DNA from: Octopus bimaculoides
Taxonomy: Eukaryota
Length of the DNA stretch: 64,000 bases
Assembly: GCF_001194135.2 (NCBI RefSeq)
Contig: NC_068995.1
Span: forward strand, 16,890,233 to 16,954,232
Direction of reading: 5' to 3'
In this document: positions 39,066 to 53,334 of the stretch, one piece after another
How the letters are laid out: every line of letters begins with the position of its first letter
Numbering within the stretch: position 1 is the first letter of the stretch
Position numbers and translations under genes: made by a program
Notes under the pieces: model-generated
Seen by the model: only the letters and a program-made list of their open reading frames with translations
Told to the model about the DNA's origin: nothing
Database searches by the model: none

Positions 39066-39983
39066 NNNNNNNNNNNNNNNNNNNNNNNNNNNNNNNNNNN
39101 NNNNNNNNNNNNNNNNNNNNNNNNNNNNNNNNNNNNNNNNNNNNNNNNNNNNNNNNNNNNNNNNNNNNNNNNNNNNNNNNNNNNNNNNNNNNNNNNNNNN
39201 NNNNNNNNNNNNNNNNNNNNNNNNNNNNNNNNNNNNNNNNNNNNNNNNNNNNNNNNNNNNNNNNNNNNNNNNNNNNNNNNNNNNNNNNNNNNNNNNNNNN
39301 NNNNNNNNNNNNNNNNNNNNNNNNNNNNNNNNNNNNNNNNNNNNNNNNNNNNNNNNNNNNNNNNNNNNNNNNNNNNNNNNNNNNNNNNNNNNNNNNNNNN
39401 NNNNNNNNNNNNNNNNNNNNNNNNNNNNNNNNNNNNNNNNNNNNNNNNNNNNNNNNNNNNNNNNNNNNNNNNNNNNNNNNNNNNNNNNNNNNNNNNNNNN
39501 NNNNNNNNNNNNNNNNNNNNNNNNNNNNNNNNNNNNNNNNNNNNNNNNNNNNNNNNNNNNNNNNNNNNNNNNNNNNNNNNNNNNNNNNNNNNNNNNNNNN
39601 NNNNNNNNNNNNNNNNNNNNNNNNNNNNNNNNNNNNNNNNNNNNNNNNNNNNNNNNNNNNNNNNNNNNNNNNNNNNNNNNNNNNNNNNNNNNNNNNNNNN
39701 NNNNNNNNNNNNNNNNNNNNNNNNNNNNNNNNNNNNNNNNNNNNNNNNNNNNNNNNNNNNNNNNNNNNNNNNNNNNNNNNNNNNNNNNNNNNNNNNNNNN
39801 NNNNNNNNNNNNNNNNNNNNNNNNNNNNNNNNNNNNNNNNNNNNNNNNNNNNNNNNNNNNNNNNNNNNNNNNNNNNNNNNNNNNNNNNNNNNNNNNNNNN
39901 NNNNNNNGAGCTTGTATATGCTAGAAATCTACAATAACAAAAAAAAGTAAAAGTAAATTTATCTTCTCGAGTCTTGCCGACAC

Positions 39984-40195
39984 ATAAGGGCCGTTTCTCG
40001 GTTTCATACCGTATAAATTCCCCACCTGGACGGGACACCGGTCCGTCGCAGGTTTACTCACTTTTGCTAGCTGGGTGGACTGGATCAACGTAAAATGAAA
40101 TGTTTTGCCGAAGAACACAACGCATCGCTTAGTCCAGGAATACAATCTTACGATTATGAGTCCAACACCCTAAACACTAAGCCACGCGCCTCCAC
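39984..40195 (-). mobile_element. SINE with family C-like head/CORE and a different 3' domain
   Basis: Minus sense: GTGGAGGCGCGTGGCTTAGTGTTTAGGGTGTTGGACTC..GCGTTGTGTTCTTCGGCAAAACATTTCATTTTACGTTG..AAACCTGCGACGGACCGGTGTCCCGTCCAGG..GAAACCGAGAAACGGCCCTTA. Confidence 0.75.
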
Positions 40196-41189
40196 TATAT
40201 ATACAGTAACTGGCTCTCTATAAATTAATCTATATACAGTGCTTGTATATAAAACTAAATGGCTGTTGTTCGAATTTATGCTAGGATGGGGTAAAAGTTG
40301 TTTTGCTAGTGACAACGAAAAATGAGGTTTTACAGAAGACCAAACCACTAATACTAGCATATGTTGACCTGGATGAAGTATCTCTCTTTCTCTGCCACTA
40401 TTTCGATGTCTTTCTGTCTTTATCTCTGTCTCTTTCTCCTCCTATCTCACTCTCAGACACCCACATGCACGCTCACATACACATAGCACAGGCACACACA
40501 TACACACTCACTATACACATACACGTACATATAGAATGCGGTTGCGTGTGTTCGGTGTCGGCAAAAAGTATTTATATGTATATACACAGAAGAAAATGTA
40601 TTGTATGATTACAAACATCTATAGCCATTAGTGAATGGCATTAGGTGTAGCAAAGATGTTAGTGTTGCAGTAGTAGCTATAATAGAAGGAACTAACATAG
40701 AGAAAACAGAAGAACAATCAAATCTATGATAGCTTAATGCTAAGCTGAACAATATGTCGGTTTTAGTATTTCTCTGCCGCGATGAGTTGAACAGTGAGCT
40801 GTACGGTACGTATTATATATGTCGTCATGAAACTGTTTTTAATGCGAAAGCATAAATGTTGAATGGCTAGCAGATAAGCTGATCTGAAGGGTCAGCTACC
40901 ATCAAAACAGACATCAGATGCAAAAGGTCTATTATATTTCTGTTCTTCTGTATTTATGGTTGTTTGGAAAAGCAATATTTTCTTGAAAGTTGAAGTGAAG
41001 AGTCAAAATGAAAGGTGAAGAAAATGGTCAGTAGAGGATGTTCATACCGGCTCACTGAAGCATCGGTTTTAGATTCTCAAAGCCACATTACACCTGTGTA
41101 TAAAGTGAGTTGTTGTAGGCGAGTACGATATGCATATGCTGATCTGTATGTGATGTTATGTGCCTGCGTGATTCTTTTGTGCATGTCTT

Positions 41190-41241
<52 letters not shown>

Positions 41242-41471
41242 ATGTATGTATGTATAAATATATGTATGTGTGTGTGCGTGTGCGTGTGTGTCCATGTGTA
41301 TATTTACATATCCACACACATGTACGGACATGTATATTTGCGTACATGATCAGATAGCAACATTTTCACATTCGTATATCAATTCTCAAACAGAATATAC
41401 GCACACATTCATGTATATATGTATATACGTTCATATATATATACATACATACGTACATAAAACATACATAC

Positions 41472-41510
<39 letters not shown>

Positions 41511-41832
41511 NNNNNNNNNNNNNNNNNNNNNNNNNNNNNNNNNNNNNNNNNNNNNNNNNNNNNNNNNNNNNNNNNNNNNNNNNNNNNNNNNNNNNNNNNN
41601 NNNNNNNNNNNNNNNNNNNNNNNNNNNNNNNNNNNNNNNNNNNNNNNNNNNNNNNNNNNNNNNNNNNNNNNNNNNNNNNNNNNNNNNNNNNNNNNNNNNN
41701 NNNNNNNNNATATATATATATATATATATATACAATAAAAATATACATACTTTGTGCATATATATATAAGTGTATTTATGCGTGTGCATAATTTGTGCGT
41801 GTGCATGCGTGTCTGATTGTGTAAGATATGTA

Positions 41833-41875
<43 letters not shown>

Positions 41876-42225
41876 ATGAATTTAATGAGTGTACAAGTAC
41901 ATATTTGCATATGACGCGCATGAATATGTGTATGAATTTCTCAGAGCCCAACGTTCAGAGCTTTTCAATAGACATGTGGAGTCATTTGTCTGCTTTTAAT
42001 ACATATGAATGTGAGAATGAATGAATATGTTTATAAGCAGTTATCCGCAGATGTAAATTGGTGTATGTGTCACTTTTGCTCTATATATTTTATGTGAATA
42101 TCTGTCTGATCATGTTATTAAATGAACCTATATAAACATACGTGCATACATACATACATACATACATACATACATACATACATACATACAGATAAACAAG
42201 AAGACATGTGGTCCGTATATATGTG

Positions 42226-42269
<44 letters not shown>

Positions 42270-45200
42270 CGAGTATCTGTCTGTCTGTCTATTTATCTAT
42301 GCATCTATCCATCTCTATATATATCCACAGCATATATAACATATATATGATATATAGTATATATATATGTGTGCGTGTGTGTGTGTCTGTGTGTGTATTA
42401 TATATATATATATATATATATATATNNNNNNNNNNNNNNNNNNNNNNNNNNNNNNNNNNNNNNNNNNNNNNNNNNNNNNNNNNNNNNNNNNNNNNNNNNN
42501 NNNNNNNNNNNNNNNNNNNNNNNNNNNNNNNNNNNNNNNNNNNNNNNNNNNNNNNNNNNNNNNNNNNNNNNNNNNNNNNNNNNNNNNNNNNNNNNNNNNN
42601 NNNNNNNNNNNNNNNNNNNNNNNNNNNNNNNNNNNNNNNNNNNNNNNNNNNNNNNNNNNNNNNNNNNNNNNNNNNNNNNNNNNNNNNNTACACACACATA
42701 TATATATATATAGCATACATATATGTATAGCATATACATATATATTTCATATATATATATATATATACATAGATATATGTATGTATGTATGTATGTATGT
42801 ATATATGTATGAATGCATTAAAGTTTCCTATGTGTATGTGATCATGTTTTGTATGTGATTCTATGACTAACTTTATGTTATCTTCTTTCATTCATTTCGG
42901 ACATCTATTAAAGTTATGGACGGCAAACACTTAATGCTATGTTTTTATAGATCCTCTCTGAAGTGATTCTTAAATACACTCACGCATGGTCATATTTCCT
43001 TGCGTGCACACATACACACATGCGCGCGCGCGCACACACAGGCACACACACATATACACGCGCATTCTCACGCACAACAAATATAACTACACAAAAACAC
43101 ATGCACAAACCCATCCCACACAATTACATAGAAATATTCTTATATACATACAATTGTCTACTGGTATATATTTCTATATACTACATATATGTACACACAC
43201 AGAGGCGAGCGGGCGTACAGACGCACATGGAGATACACACACCCATATCCATCTATATATGCAAACACACACAATACACTAATTTATGTATATGTATGTG
43301 AATGAATGTTTGTGTAAATGTGTACCTATGTATATGTTCGTTTGTAAAAGTGATAAAAGTACTTAATAGTATTCCTCTTAGTGAAATAACTATATTGAAT
43401 TACCAGTATGTATGAGTCAATACTCAGAGTTTTTCCTACACACTCCTTAGACCGATGGCAAAGACTGGACAACAAAACAGAGGTTCCGTGTTGCTGATTG
43501 AACTTTGAATAATTGCCCATACACGCTCTCCCCCCCATCTCTCTCTCTCACACACACACTAACACAAACAAATACGCATTTGTATTTCATATAAACATAT
43601 ATATGCATATATATATATATATATATATATANNNNNNNNNNNNNNNNNNNNNNNNNNNNNNNNNNNNNNNNNNNNNNNNNNNNNNNNNNNNNNNNNNNNN
43701 NNNNNNNNNNNNNNNNNNNNNNNNNNNNNNNNNNNNNNNNNNNNNNNNNNNNNNNNNNNNNNNNNNNNNNNNNNNNNNNNNNNNNNNNNNNNNNNNNNNN
43801 NNNNNNNNNNNNNNNNNNNNNNNNNNNNNNNNNNNNNNNNNNNNNNNNNNNNNNNNNNNNNNNNNNNNNNNNNNNNNNNNNNNNNNNNNNNNNNNNNNNN
43901 NNNNNNNNNNNNNNNNNNNNNNNNNNNNNNNNNNNNNNNNNNNNNNNNNNNNNNNNTATATATATATATATATATATATATATGGTGTACATAATGATAT
44001 ACACGCTTCAGTGCATAGATACATATATGTCACTATAAAGGTCCGAATTATTATGGTGGATATGACTAGAAATGTTATATTAAACTTGTGTGACTAGAGA
44101 AAAGAAACGAATTTTATGGTTGGCTTTCAAAAAGACAACATCAAATTTGCCTGCATCGATAAAAGTCAAAACCATCTTATTTCTGCCTTCGATTAACTTT
44201 ATAAGAAATCTAAAGAAGCTCGCAGTAAAGCAACCAGATTTATAACTAAATCGAACGCTGCTGCCCACTCTTCTACTCTTCCCCTCTTTGCCAGCTGTTT
44301 CATGTGAGCAAATATTATAAGAATGAGAAATTTGTATGATTTGGGGAAGTTTTCATATATTTTGTCGCTAAGAATCGCTTCTCGGGCTAGTTTGTTGTTG
44401 TTGTTGTTTTGTCATTGTTGTTGTTTAGTTATCTCCTATGTTTGCATATTCACACCAGTTCGAAACAGTACTCTGCAATATAAAATTTCAGCTGCGTGGG
44501 ACTCATGTCAACGTGTAAGTAGTTGAGCACTGTTAGGAGAAGTGTTCTGTTAGCATAATCCTTAGGAAGAATCAGCATGTTACAGTGTGTGACAAAGGTA
44601 TACACTTCAAATTATCGGTACAATACCATCCACGTGTTTCTATATAGTTTCTGACTGCCCACATATTACTCATAATATCTATAATATCCGTTCGAATCCT
44701 TTGCCCAAGATGCAGTGTGATCAGGCCTTGGACTAGTCAGTTACAAAAAGAACTTACACAAATATTCGCGCGCGCACACACAAAGCACACTTTTACATAG
44801 ATACACGTACACATATAATGAATCAAACTTATCATCGATATGAATCGTCTTGTTAGTGAAAAGTAAATCTAGTGTGTATTTCTCAAGACATAAATGATAT
44901 AAGGGGAAGTAATTAAAGTAAAGATAGGAATACAAACCAGTTTACGTACATAGATTTCAAGAACCTTACATCTGATCTTCGATGTTTTCCCCTTTTCATG
45001 GATAATATACCCTGCATAACCTGTTCAATATCTGAATTATCAAGTGGAATGTTAATCCTCCTGTACGATGGCAAGCTTTCCAAGCTATCACCCCATTTTT
45101 TTTTAAGAACTTGAAACAGCAACTTTCTTTTTACAAAAATGCTAGTTAGCAATCTATGAGTCTTGCTCAGTTGCTGCCTTATATTGAACCTCATATGGCT

Positions 45201-46169
45201 CATTTAAAGTAATAAAGAGTGCGTGATTTGATGGGCTGCAACTTAATACGAGTTTGACTGGATACGAACTATTTAACCATGAGTTTGAAAATCCGAATCA
45301 TTTTTCCTCTAAACAACCACTGATATTTTATCTGTGCCTCATGAGCTCATTAATTAAACAAAAGAAAAATATAAACATTGGAAAAATAATTTAATGTTAA
45401 AGTTTCTTTTTTTTTTTCTAAATTATTACATCCATATCTGTTTATATGTAACTAGCAATGCTTCAAGCAACTAAAATATTCCAGAAGTAAATCAAAAAAT
45501 ATTTCTAACTTTTAAATTTCTCTTTTTTAATAACTGGATGCGTTTTCTGAATATGGATTTATATTGGATATTTGAAATGAAATGTTTATGAAATTGGGGG
45601 TTGCTGTACTTTTACAAACAACGAAAATTATAAATTCTCCCTTTATATTAAATGCTGAGGGGCAATTAAGGAAAGAATTACCTGTATGTTGGTCTACGTT
45701 TAACAACATACCTGACTAATTCTTCATTAAAATAAACATATTTCGCTAGAGTAATTTTGAAAAAATATTTCCTCATAGAGTTATAAAATTCTATTAAGTG
45801 TAATTGCTCTCGGCAATTTCGATTCCTATGTGTAGCAGTATTTTCTTTTCGTAGCGTGCGTTATTCCTACGAACAACTATTTCTACGATATGTATTGATA
45901 CATAAATGCCAGCAGCATTGCCAAGAGGCACAGAATGGTGCGTATTTAACTATGCTCGTGGGGTGTTGTTGAACTCAGCCTCACTTTATGGAAAGGTAAC
46001 ATTTACAGCATATATAGCCTGTGCCCCGTTTGTCTGGGAATATACGTTTAGTGAAACAATGTAACATTAAAATATCTTGTCTATAAACATAACGAAACGC
46101 ATGCTAATTTGAACTCACGATTTGCAGGTAAATTAAAAACAGTAACGATTAACGTAAAGCATGGAAGCG

Positions 46170-46400
46170 CAACACCGTTTATAGTGTTTCATCTATAGCT
46201 GAGTTAAAGGTGTTGGATTTGTAGACCTTTTGTAGAATTTTTTCTGATTCCTTAGATCCTCAGTTCAAGTCATAGTGAGGTAACTTTGCCTTTCAACATT
46301 TGTGGGTCGACAAAATAAGGCAATATTGAAGTACAATGTTTGATGGTATCGAGTAACTTAAAAAAATGGTCTAGTCTTGTGCCAAAATTAGAAACAATTT
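46170..46400 (+). mobile_element. SINE family A, old degraded copy
   Basis: CCTCAGTTCAAGTC..AACTTTGCCTTTCA..GGGTCGACAAAATAAG..CTTGTGCCAAAATTAGAAAC. Confidence 0.6.
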
Positions 46401-48092
46401 AAAGTTAACCCTGTCACGCCGTATTCCCGCCGGAGTGGTAAAGGTCATACGTCTTCTATGCTGGTTTCCCGGTAACGCAGTAATGAGCAACGCACATAAA
46501 AAAAGATGCAGCTGATTCTGTCCATTAGTTTGCCTGTTTTCGTTACTATTGAGTTATATATCCATCTATTTATTTTTTCCTCAAGAGCCCAGATGTGGGA
46601 CGGGGGTGGGGATTAAACACAAGGGCCTAGGTCTAAGAGGAGGATTACGTTTGGCGATGCATTCATGACATTTGAGAGAGGATGCTATAGATAGTCCGAG
46701 AGTTAATAAAACAGACCTGTTAATGTTGTTTTAGTCACTATGATATAACCCTATGTCAGTTCTCGTCAAGCGGATCTATGATCAAAAGCTCCTCCAATCG
46801 TGCCCATCTGCACTTTTGTTTACACTTAGCGAATCTAGAACCTCATTAGCTAATGCGTATTTTCCTTTTTTTAATGTAGGTTGGAATTTGAGATTTGGTT
46901 GGTATTTGTTAGATTTAGTACCTATTCCTACCACGTCGGTTACCCATGAAGATGGCTTAACTGATTATATATTTTGAACTAGTGTAGAGCAGGATGAATA
47001 AATATCTTCGAAAACAACAATCTAATTCTATGTGTTATAAGATGAATGCGTTAAAGATCTCTTACAAAAGAATGATATGTTCACTTCAAATGATGTCAGA
47101 CAGAAGAACGGAATTCCTAGAAAAACAGTAAAAATATGGATTCATTTTAAAGTATGAGAACAATTGAATATGCTATTGTTTTCCGACAAAATTTAGCATC
47201 TAATTCAATTCACTTCAAATCTGCAAACTGAGACTCCACTAAATAAAGTCTTTCCAGCCTGATGATTTCAGTCATCTCATTAACAAGTTTCATAGAAACA
47301 AACTTTATTAAATGGTGTCAGAAGAAACGACTCCAAACGTTTCTGTTTTACAATAATATATATAATGTCTAGTATAAAGTAATACATTTAAAAAAAATAT
47401 TGCCTTATGTGGTGTTGGTTTCTTAGTTTTTGGCGATATCTGAAGATCGATTCGAAAGGACTCGGTGAGATTTTCTCAGTTAAGCAAAGCTTTACAATTA
47501 TATCCGATGAAGCAAAATGACCAAATCACATTTAAACGTCTTCAAAACATAGCTTCTTTTTGGCCAAGTTAAAAAAAAACAAAACAAAAACAAATACATT
47601 GAGAGCAACTACTATGATATTTGAATATGAATTTCATTTGCTAAGTAATATTCATACATCAGAATCATTTAACATACTTGTAAAAGTATATAAGTATACG
47701 TCCTATTTGTAATATGCCATTTATTAGTATATTATATACAGCATAATAGTAATACAATGTATGTTAGTATATTATAAAGATTATGTTAGATAGAGGGTCT
47801 ATAACAATATATAAACCATTTTGTAATATAGTTTATATTAGTGTATAAACCGTTTACTGATAGGTTTTGTTACGTAAACCATATTTATAAAGATTATACA
47901 ACGAATTAATGACTAAGGAAGTATGTAACGTATAAATATATTCTATGTGTACTTTTAACATTAGTACGGACTGCATATTCCTGGGAAGGGTACAGTAAAT
48001 TAAAACATCTCGAGTACTTGACTGATATTTATCTTTTCGAACCCAGGTGTTGGGATCAGCGGGAAATTCAATCCCAACTGAATTTGAATATA

Positions 48093-49005
48093 TGAGGGTG
48101 AGTCGAAGACTATAGTCATTCTTGTTTATTTTCAATGTATTTATACAAAAGCAAGAGATAAGCAGCTAGTACGTCATTTTCCTAAATAATCACCTTCTTT
48201 TTCCAGTACTCCATAAGTTTGCGTATTCTCTCAGAGAAGAAGGTCTACGGTTGCTCGTGCAACTATCTATGCACTTCTTCCTTCACATCTTCATCTATAG
48301 GGAATCGACGACCTCGTAAATCATCTTTGAGCAGTCCAACGATATGATAATCGGAAGGGGCGAGATCTGGGCCGTAGGTAAGGTGTTCTAGCATCTCAAA
48401 ATCCAATTAGTTAATGGTTTCAACGGTGCGGGCGACTGTGTATGGACGTGCATTGTCATGCAACAACAAAACTTTCTTCGACAATAGGCTTCGGCGTTTG
48501 TTGCGAATCGCTAGCTTCAGTTTGTTGGCCAGCAAAGCACTGTGTCTTGCACTGTTGATCGTACAATCCTTTTCCAGAGAGTCTTCCACTATAGGCCTTT
48601 TTGAGTCCCCCCCAAAAAGGATTATCATCACCTTTCCCACGGAAGACTGAGTCTTGAATCTCTTCGTCTCTGGCGAGCGAGGATGTTTCCGCTCTATACT
48701 CTGTCTTTCGAATTCCGCATCAGAATGATGAACCCACGTTTCATCTTCTGTGACACATCTTCCGATCAGAGAAATAGGATCATTGCTCTTTGTTCTTATT
48801 TGGTGCACATTGCTAGTGGAGCGGCCATACTTACACTGTAAATCCAGAAAGAAAAAAGGCGCAGTCCAGCTAAAACTTCGATCACATGAACACAAAAAGC
48901 AACTTCGATCACATGACCACTATAAGCAAGTATGCGCAGAAGGCAGTGTCGCAATAATAAAAATATGTTATGACAAAAGTGCGGATAATTTTAGACGTCC
49001 CCTCA
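48093..49005 (-). mobile_element. Internally deleted mariner (DD34D) transposon
   Basis: ATG at 48828 gives MAAPLAMCTK*EQRAMILFL*SE, fused directly to VTEDETWVHH..GKVMI..LLLHDNARPYT..EHLTYGPDLAPSDY (34 residues between D2 and D3). Degenerate TIRs: TA|TGAGGGTGAGTCGAAGACTAT versus TGAGGGGACGTCTAAAATTAT. Multiple stops. Confidence 0.92.
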
Positions 49006-50490
49006 AATATTAAAATGCGTATCTGTGCATTATAAGTGGTTAAATGTTGTTTGACCTCAAATCACGCCTCGTCTATGATAAAGGAAGTAATGAATGTTCC
49101 AGTCATGATCAACTCCTGAGTTTATAACAAATGCAACATTTAAAACATTCCTTCTTTTACTTATCAAATTACCGTGTAATATCAGGCCCATTTAGCTGCT
49201 ATTTCTATTATATCGTTCAACCAAGTTGAAGATTATTCTGTGTAAATGTAATTCCTTTTTATAAGAACTTAGGTTGTGAATTGGGAATAATTTTTATCGT
49301 GATAATTTGGTTGTTGTTTCTATTATGAGGAATGACAACGGAAAGAACTTTATGCAATGTAACCTTTATTTTTCTAAAAAAAAAAAAAATCAAAAAAAAA
49401 TCAAGTGTGATTTGAAGTTAAAATGACTGCCATTTTTAATATGAAATGCTACTGCGCAGAAGACATTTTGGTACGATGCTCCATCGATTTGAAACCATCC
49501 ATAACAATCAGTGTATATAACGAAACAAATTACATTTTTAAAAAACGTGTAAATGAAGCGATGGAATTTTATTTTCGCTGTTTAAGTTTATTACAGTTAT
49601 TTCTGATTTCCTTGTTTTTAGTAAAAATATATTCCATGATTCACAAACGGAATTTCACTGCTATACTGTGCTTGTAATTTACCTGGAGGACATCTAGTTC
49701 TTCATTGTAATTCAACTATCGCCACAGGCATGTGAATGGTAAATTAAACGAATAGAACATTCAAGTACACTTTATTACATCATGTATTGAGATAAATTCA
49801 GAGACATATACGTGCATTCATACATATAACAACGTATGTACTCACACCAGCATATCCAATCTTATTCACCTGCACATGCATACAAACACGCTTGTGTATG
49901 CATATTTGTGCTGTATACATAGAGATGGTTATAGTCAACTGGGAAAGTCGTATATCTATGCATTTGTGGAAATTCTTTCACTTACAGATATGAATGTGTA
50001 TATTAGAAACTCCACAATACAGGTGAATATTCTAGTGCCCATGTACCAGCATGCATAAATAAATGAACACACACACACACACACACACAATTTTGGGGCG
50101 TAGTGCACCATTTTAGAATTTAGGACTCCAAAATTGGTATTAGAGAAGATTAGAGAAGCAGAGTAGAGTGGAATTTGGACACAATGCTGAATATATTTAT
50201 AAGTCGAAGAGGTTATTTTGGTAACAATAAATATTTGCATGTATCCATGTATGTAAGCATTGTTTAATAGTATCAATCTCTCTCTTTCTCTCTCTCCCTT
50301 TGTTTCCATCTGTCTGTCTGTCCGTATGTATGTATCTCTCTCTCTCTCTCTTTCACACACATACACCCACACACGTACAAACACGCGCAGCACGCACCAT
50401 ATTCATATAAAAAAAAATTGTAGCATCTCAAATTGTAAAATTTAAACGCTCAAGGTGAACAACGCCTGAAAATATATTAGGGAGTTTTGA

Positions 50491-50553
<63 letters not shown>

Positions 50554-50894
50554 CACACACACACACACCTACACACAAATNNNNNNNNNNNNNNNNNNNN
50601 NNNNNNNNNNNNNNNNNNNNNNNNNNNNNNNNNNNNNNNNNNNNNNNNNNNNNNNNNNNNNNNNNNNNNNNNNNNNNNNNNNNNNNNNNNNNNNNNNNNN
50701 NNNNNNNNNNNNNNNNNNNNNNNNNNNNNNNNNNNNNNNNNNNNNNNNNNNNNNNNNNNNNNNNNNNNNNNNNNNNNNNNNNNNNNNNNNNNNNNNNNNN
50801 NNNNNNNNNNNNNNNNNNNNNNNNNNNNNNNNNNNNNNNNNNNNNNNNNNNNNNNNNNNNNNNNNNNNNNNNNNNNNNTATATATATATATATC

Positions 50895-50928
<34 letters not shown>

Positions 50929-51300
50929 GAGTAATTTTATACACTAACACCGTTTTTGAATTTGGCGCTAGATTTTTAACGGTTACCAAGCACAGCGAAA
51001 TCAGCAATGTTTTTAACTGTATGTTTATTGGGAGATCTGATGATAAGAATTAAGGGAGATAAGCTCTCAAAATTCGAAATCAATTGATCCAGGAATATCT
51101 ATTACCTCATTCTATGGCTTTCTGCCGAAATGGTAAGTGAATTTCTTTGTTACTAGCCTGCTTCCTATTGTGATTGTCACATTTCGATTGCTTTTTTTTA
51201 CTCAGATTTTCGCAACTGCGCTGTTACCTCATGTGTACTATTATACTTATAAAATAATTATAACATTTTGGATTTGCCATTTATTGACTTTTTGCTTGAT

Positions 51301-51765
51301 GAAGATGCTTCCTGGGGCTAAATAACAGCAACATTCGACTGCCACGTTATGTTGGCAAATCATTTTTACTCTTGAGTACTGTTACTGAATATATCTTTGA
51401 AAGATTTACAAATAGAAATTTTCTATTTTATTAAATCAGTGACTGTTACTCACTTTGAAAACTATATTTCGAACAAGAATTTAGCAGCACCACCTCTAAC
51501 CGAACAGTTTTTCTGTGCTGATGAAGGAAAATAACCAAGAAATCACGATACACAGATATTATTTTGTGCTGAGTGGGGATCCTAAATTCCCTTTTTAGAA
51601 AATATAGGCACACAGATATTGTGTTGTATAGCCAGCTGGAGACGATGTTTCCTGGGGCTTAATAACTATAACATTTGACTGTCACGTTATGTTGGCAAAT
51701 AAGCTTTACTCTAATGTACGGTTACTGAATATCTCTCGTTGAGAGATTTACGAATATAAACTTTC

Positions 51766-51769
<4 letters not shown>
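51301..51769. repeat. Diverged ~128-bp direct repeat pair
   Basis: 51301-51427 and 51641-51769 share TTCCTGGGGCT.AATAAC..ACATT.GACTG.CACGTTATGTTGGCAAAT..TTTACTCT..GTTACTGAATAT..AGATTTAC.AATA.AA.TTTCTATT. Confidence 0.9.
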
Positions 51770-51803
<34 letters not shown>

Positions 51804-53334
51804 GTTGTTTATTTTATGCTCAATTATCAGTCATAATAAAACAGGCTTATATTAATCTGATGGGTTGTTCTATACGTTTGTAGGGTCTTAGTATATTACT
51901 CTGAAGCAAGAATATGACAGTGACTTTGAAGCTTCATCCAGATAAACAATAGGCAGCGTTTATTTTTAAAAAATCACTACATATCGGTTACCCATAGTAC
52001 ATTGGCGAGATAGGTAAACTCTCTGCAATATTCAAACATATTCTTTCATATACATCTATATACATAGTAGTGTGTAGAGTTTAAGTTATATACACCACAT
52101 TTATCTATTTGTATATGTACAGGTATATACTGTTTGCATAGATTCTTACTGTTGTGCTGTTTATATTACCATCAGTATATGTTAAGTTCAAAGTCTAATC
52201 GATATAGAAAATAGTGTATCAAATATTCACATGAAAACAAAATCTTACGCCATTGATGAATGATAGTAATTATAGACATGTTGATTATATCATCTCACCA
52301 ATCTGCTATTGCTGCAACGATGTGTGAAACCATTGTAGCGATACGAAATACAAAATGCTCAATCCATTTTCTATTATTCATCTATTTGTATTAGCCCTAC
52401 GGACATGAAGATTCCAAATGTATGTTTGTATCCGGTATCAAATAACTATGGACGAGCTTTGCACAGTATACTAGCATACTACAGGTTCTTTTTACCCAAA
52501 TATTACCTAAATACACACAAATATATATACATATATATGTTTGTGTGTCTGTATGTCAGTGTGTCTGTCTCTGTTTGTCTGTCTATGTGTGCGTATTCAT
52601 ATATATATATATATATATATATANNNNNNNNNNNNNNNNNNNNNNNNNNNNNNNNNNNNNNNNNNNNNNNNNNNNNNNNNNNNNNNNNNNNNNNNNNNNN
52701 NNNNNNNNNNNNNNNNNNNNNNNNNNNNNNNNNNNNNNNNNNNNNNNNNNNNNNNNNNNNNNNNNNNNNNNNNNNNNNNNNNNNNNNNNNNNNNNNNNNN
52801 NNNNNNNNNNNNNNNNNNNNNNNNNNNNNNNNNNNNNNNNNNNNNNNNNNNNNNNNNNNNNNNNNNNNNNNNNNNNNNNNNNNNNNNNNNNNNNNNNNNN
52901 NNNNNNNNNNNNNNNNNNNNNNNNNNNNNNNNNNNNNNNNNNNNNNNNNNNNNNNNNNNNNNNNNNNNNNNNNNNNNNNNNNNNNNNNNNNNNNNNNNNN
53001 NNNNNNNNNNNNNNNNNNNNNNNNNNNNNNNNNNNNNNNNNNNNNNNNNNNNNNNNNNNNNNNNNTGAGACATTTTTTTTTTTTTTTTGAAAATAGTATC
53101 ATGTTGGAGCGTCGAAATTGTTATCACATATTTGCGAAAAAAAACGATATTCTTGTAAAGCGTTATTTTTATTTCCCCCCAGATCATTAGCTTATTTAGC
53201 ATCTATTTATCGAAAGAACATTTAACTGGGTCAGCGTTTGAATTCAGCGTATAAATCAACACGACATAATATTGAATGAATTTCTTTCCTTGTCAATCAC
53301 TTCCTACATCCTCACTCTATATTTTTTCAACGGC

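Noticed and set aside
46404-46450. TTAACCC piggyBac-like terminus
   Set aside because: No matching GGGTTAA end or TIR was found nearby.
47250-47540. Additional CTGATGA/CTGAAGA hammerhead-like seeds
   Set aside because: No pairable stem II followed by GAAA at the right spacing; compatible with chance.
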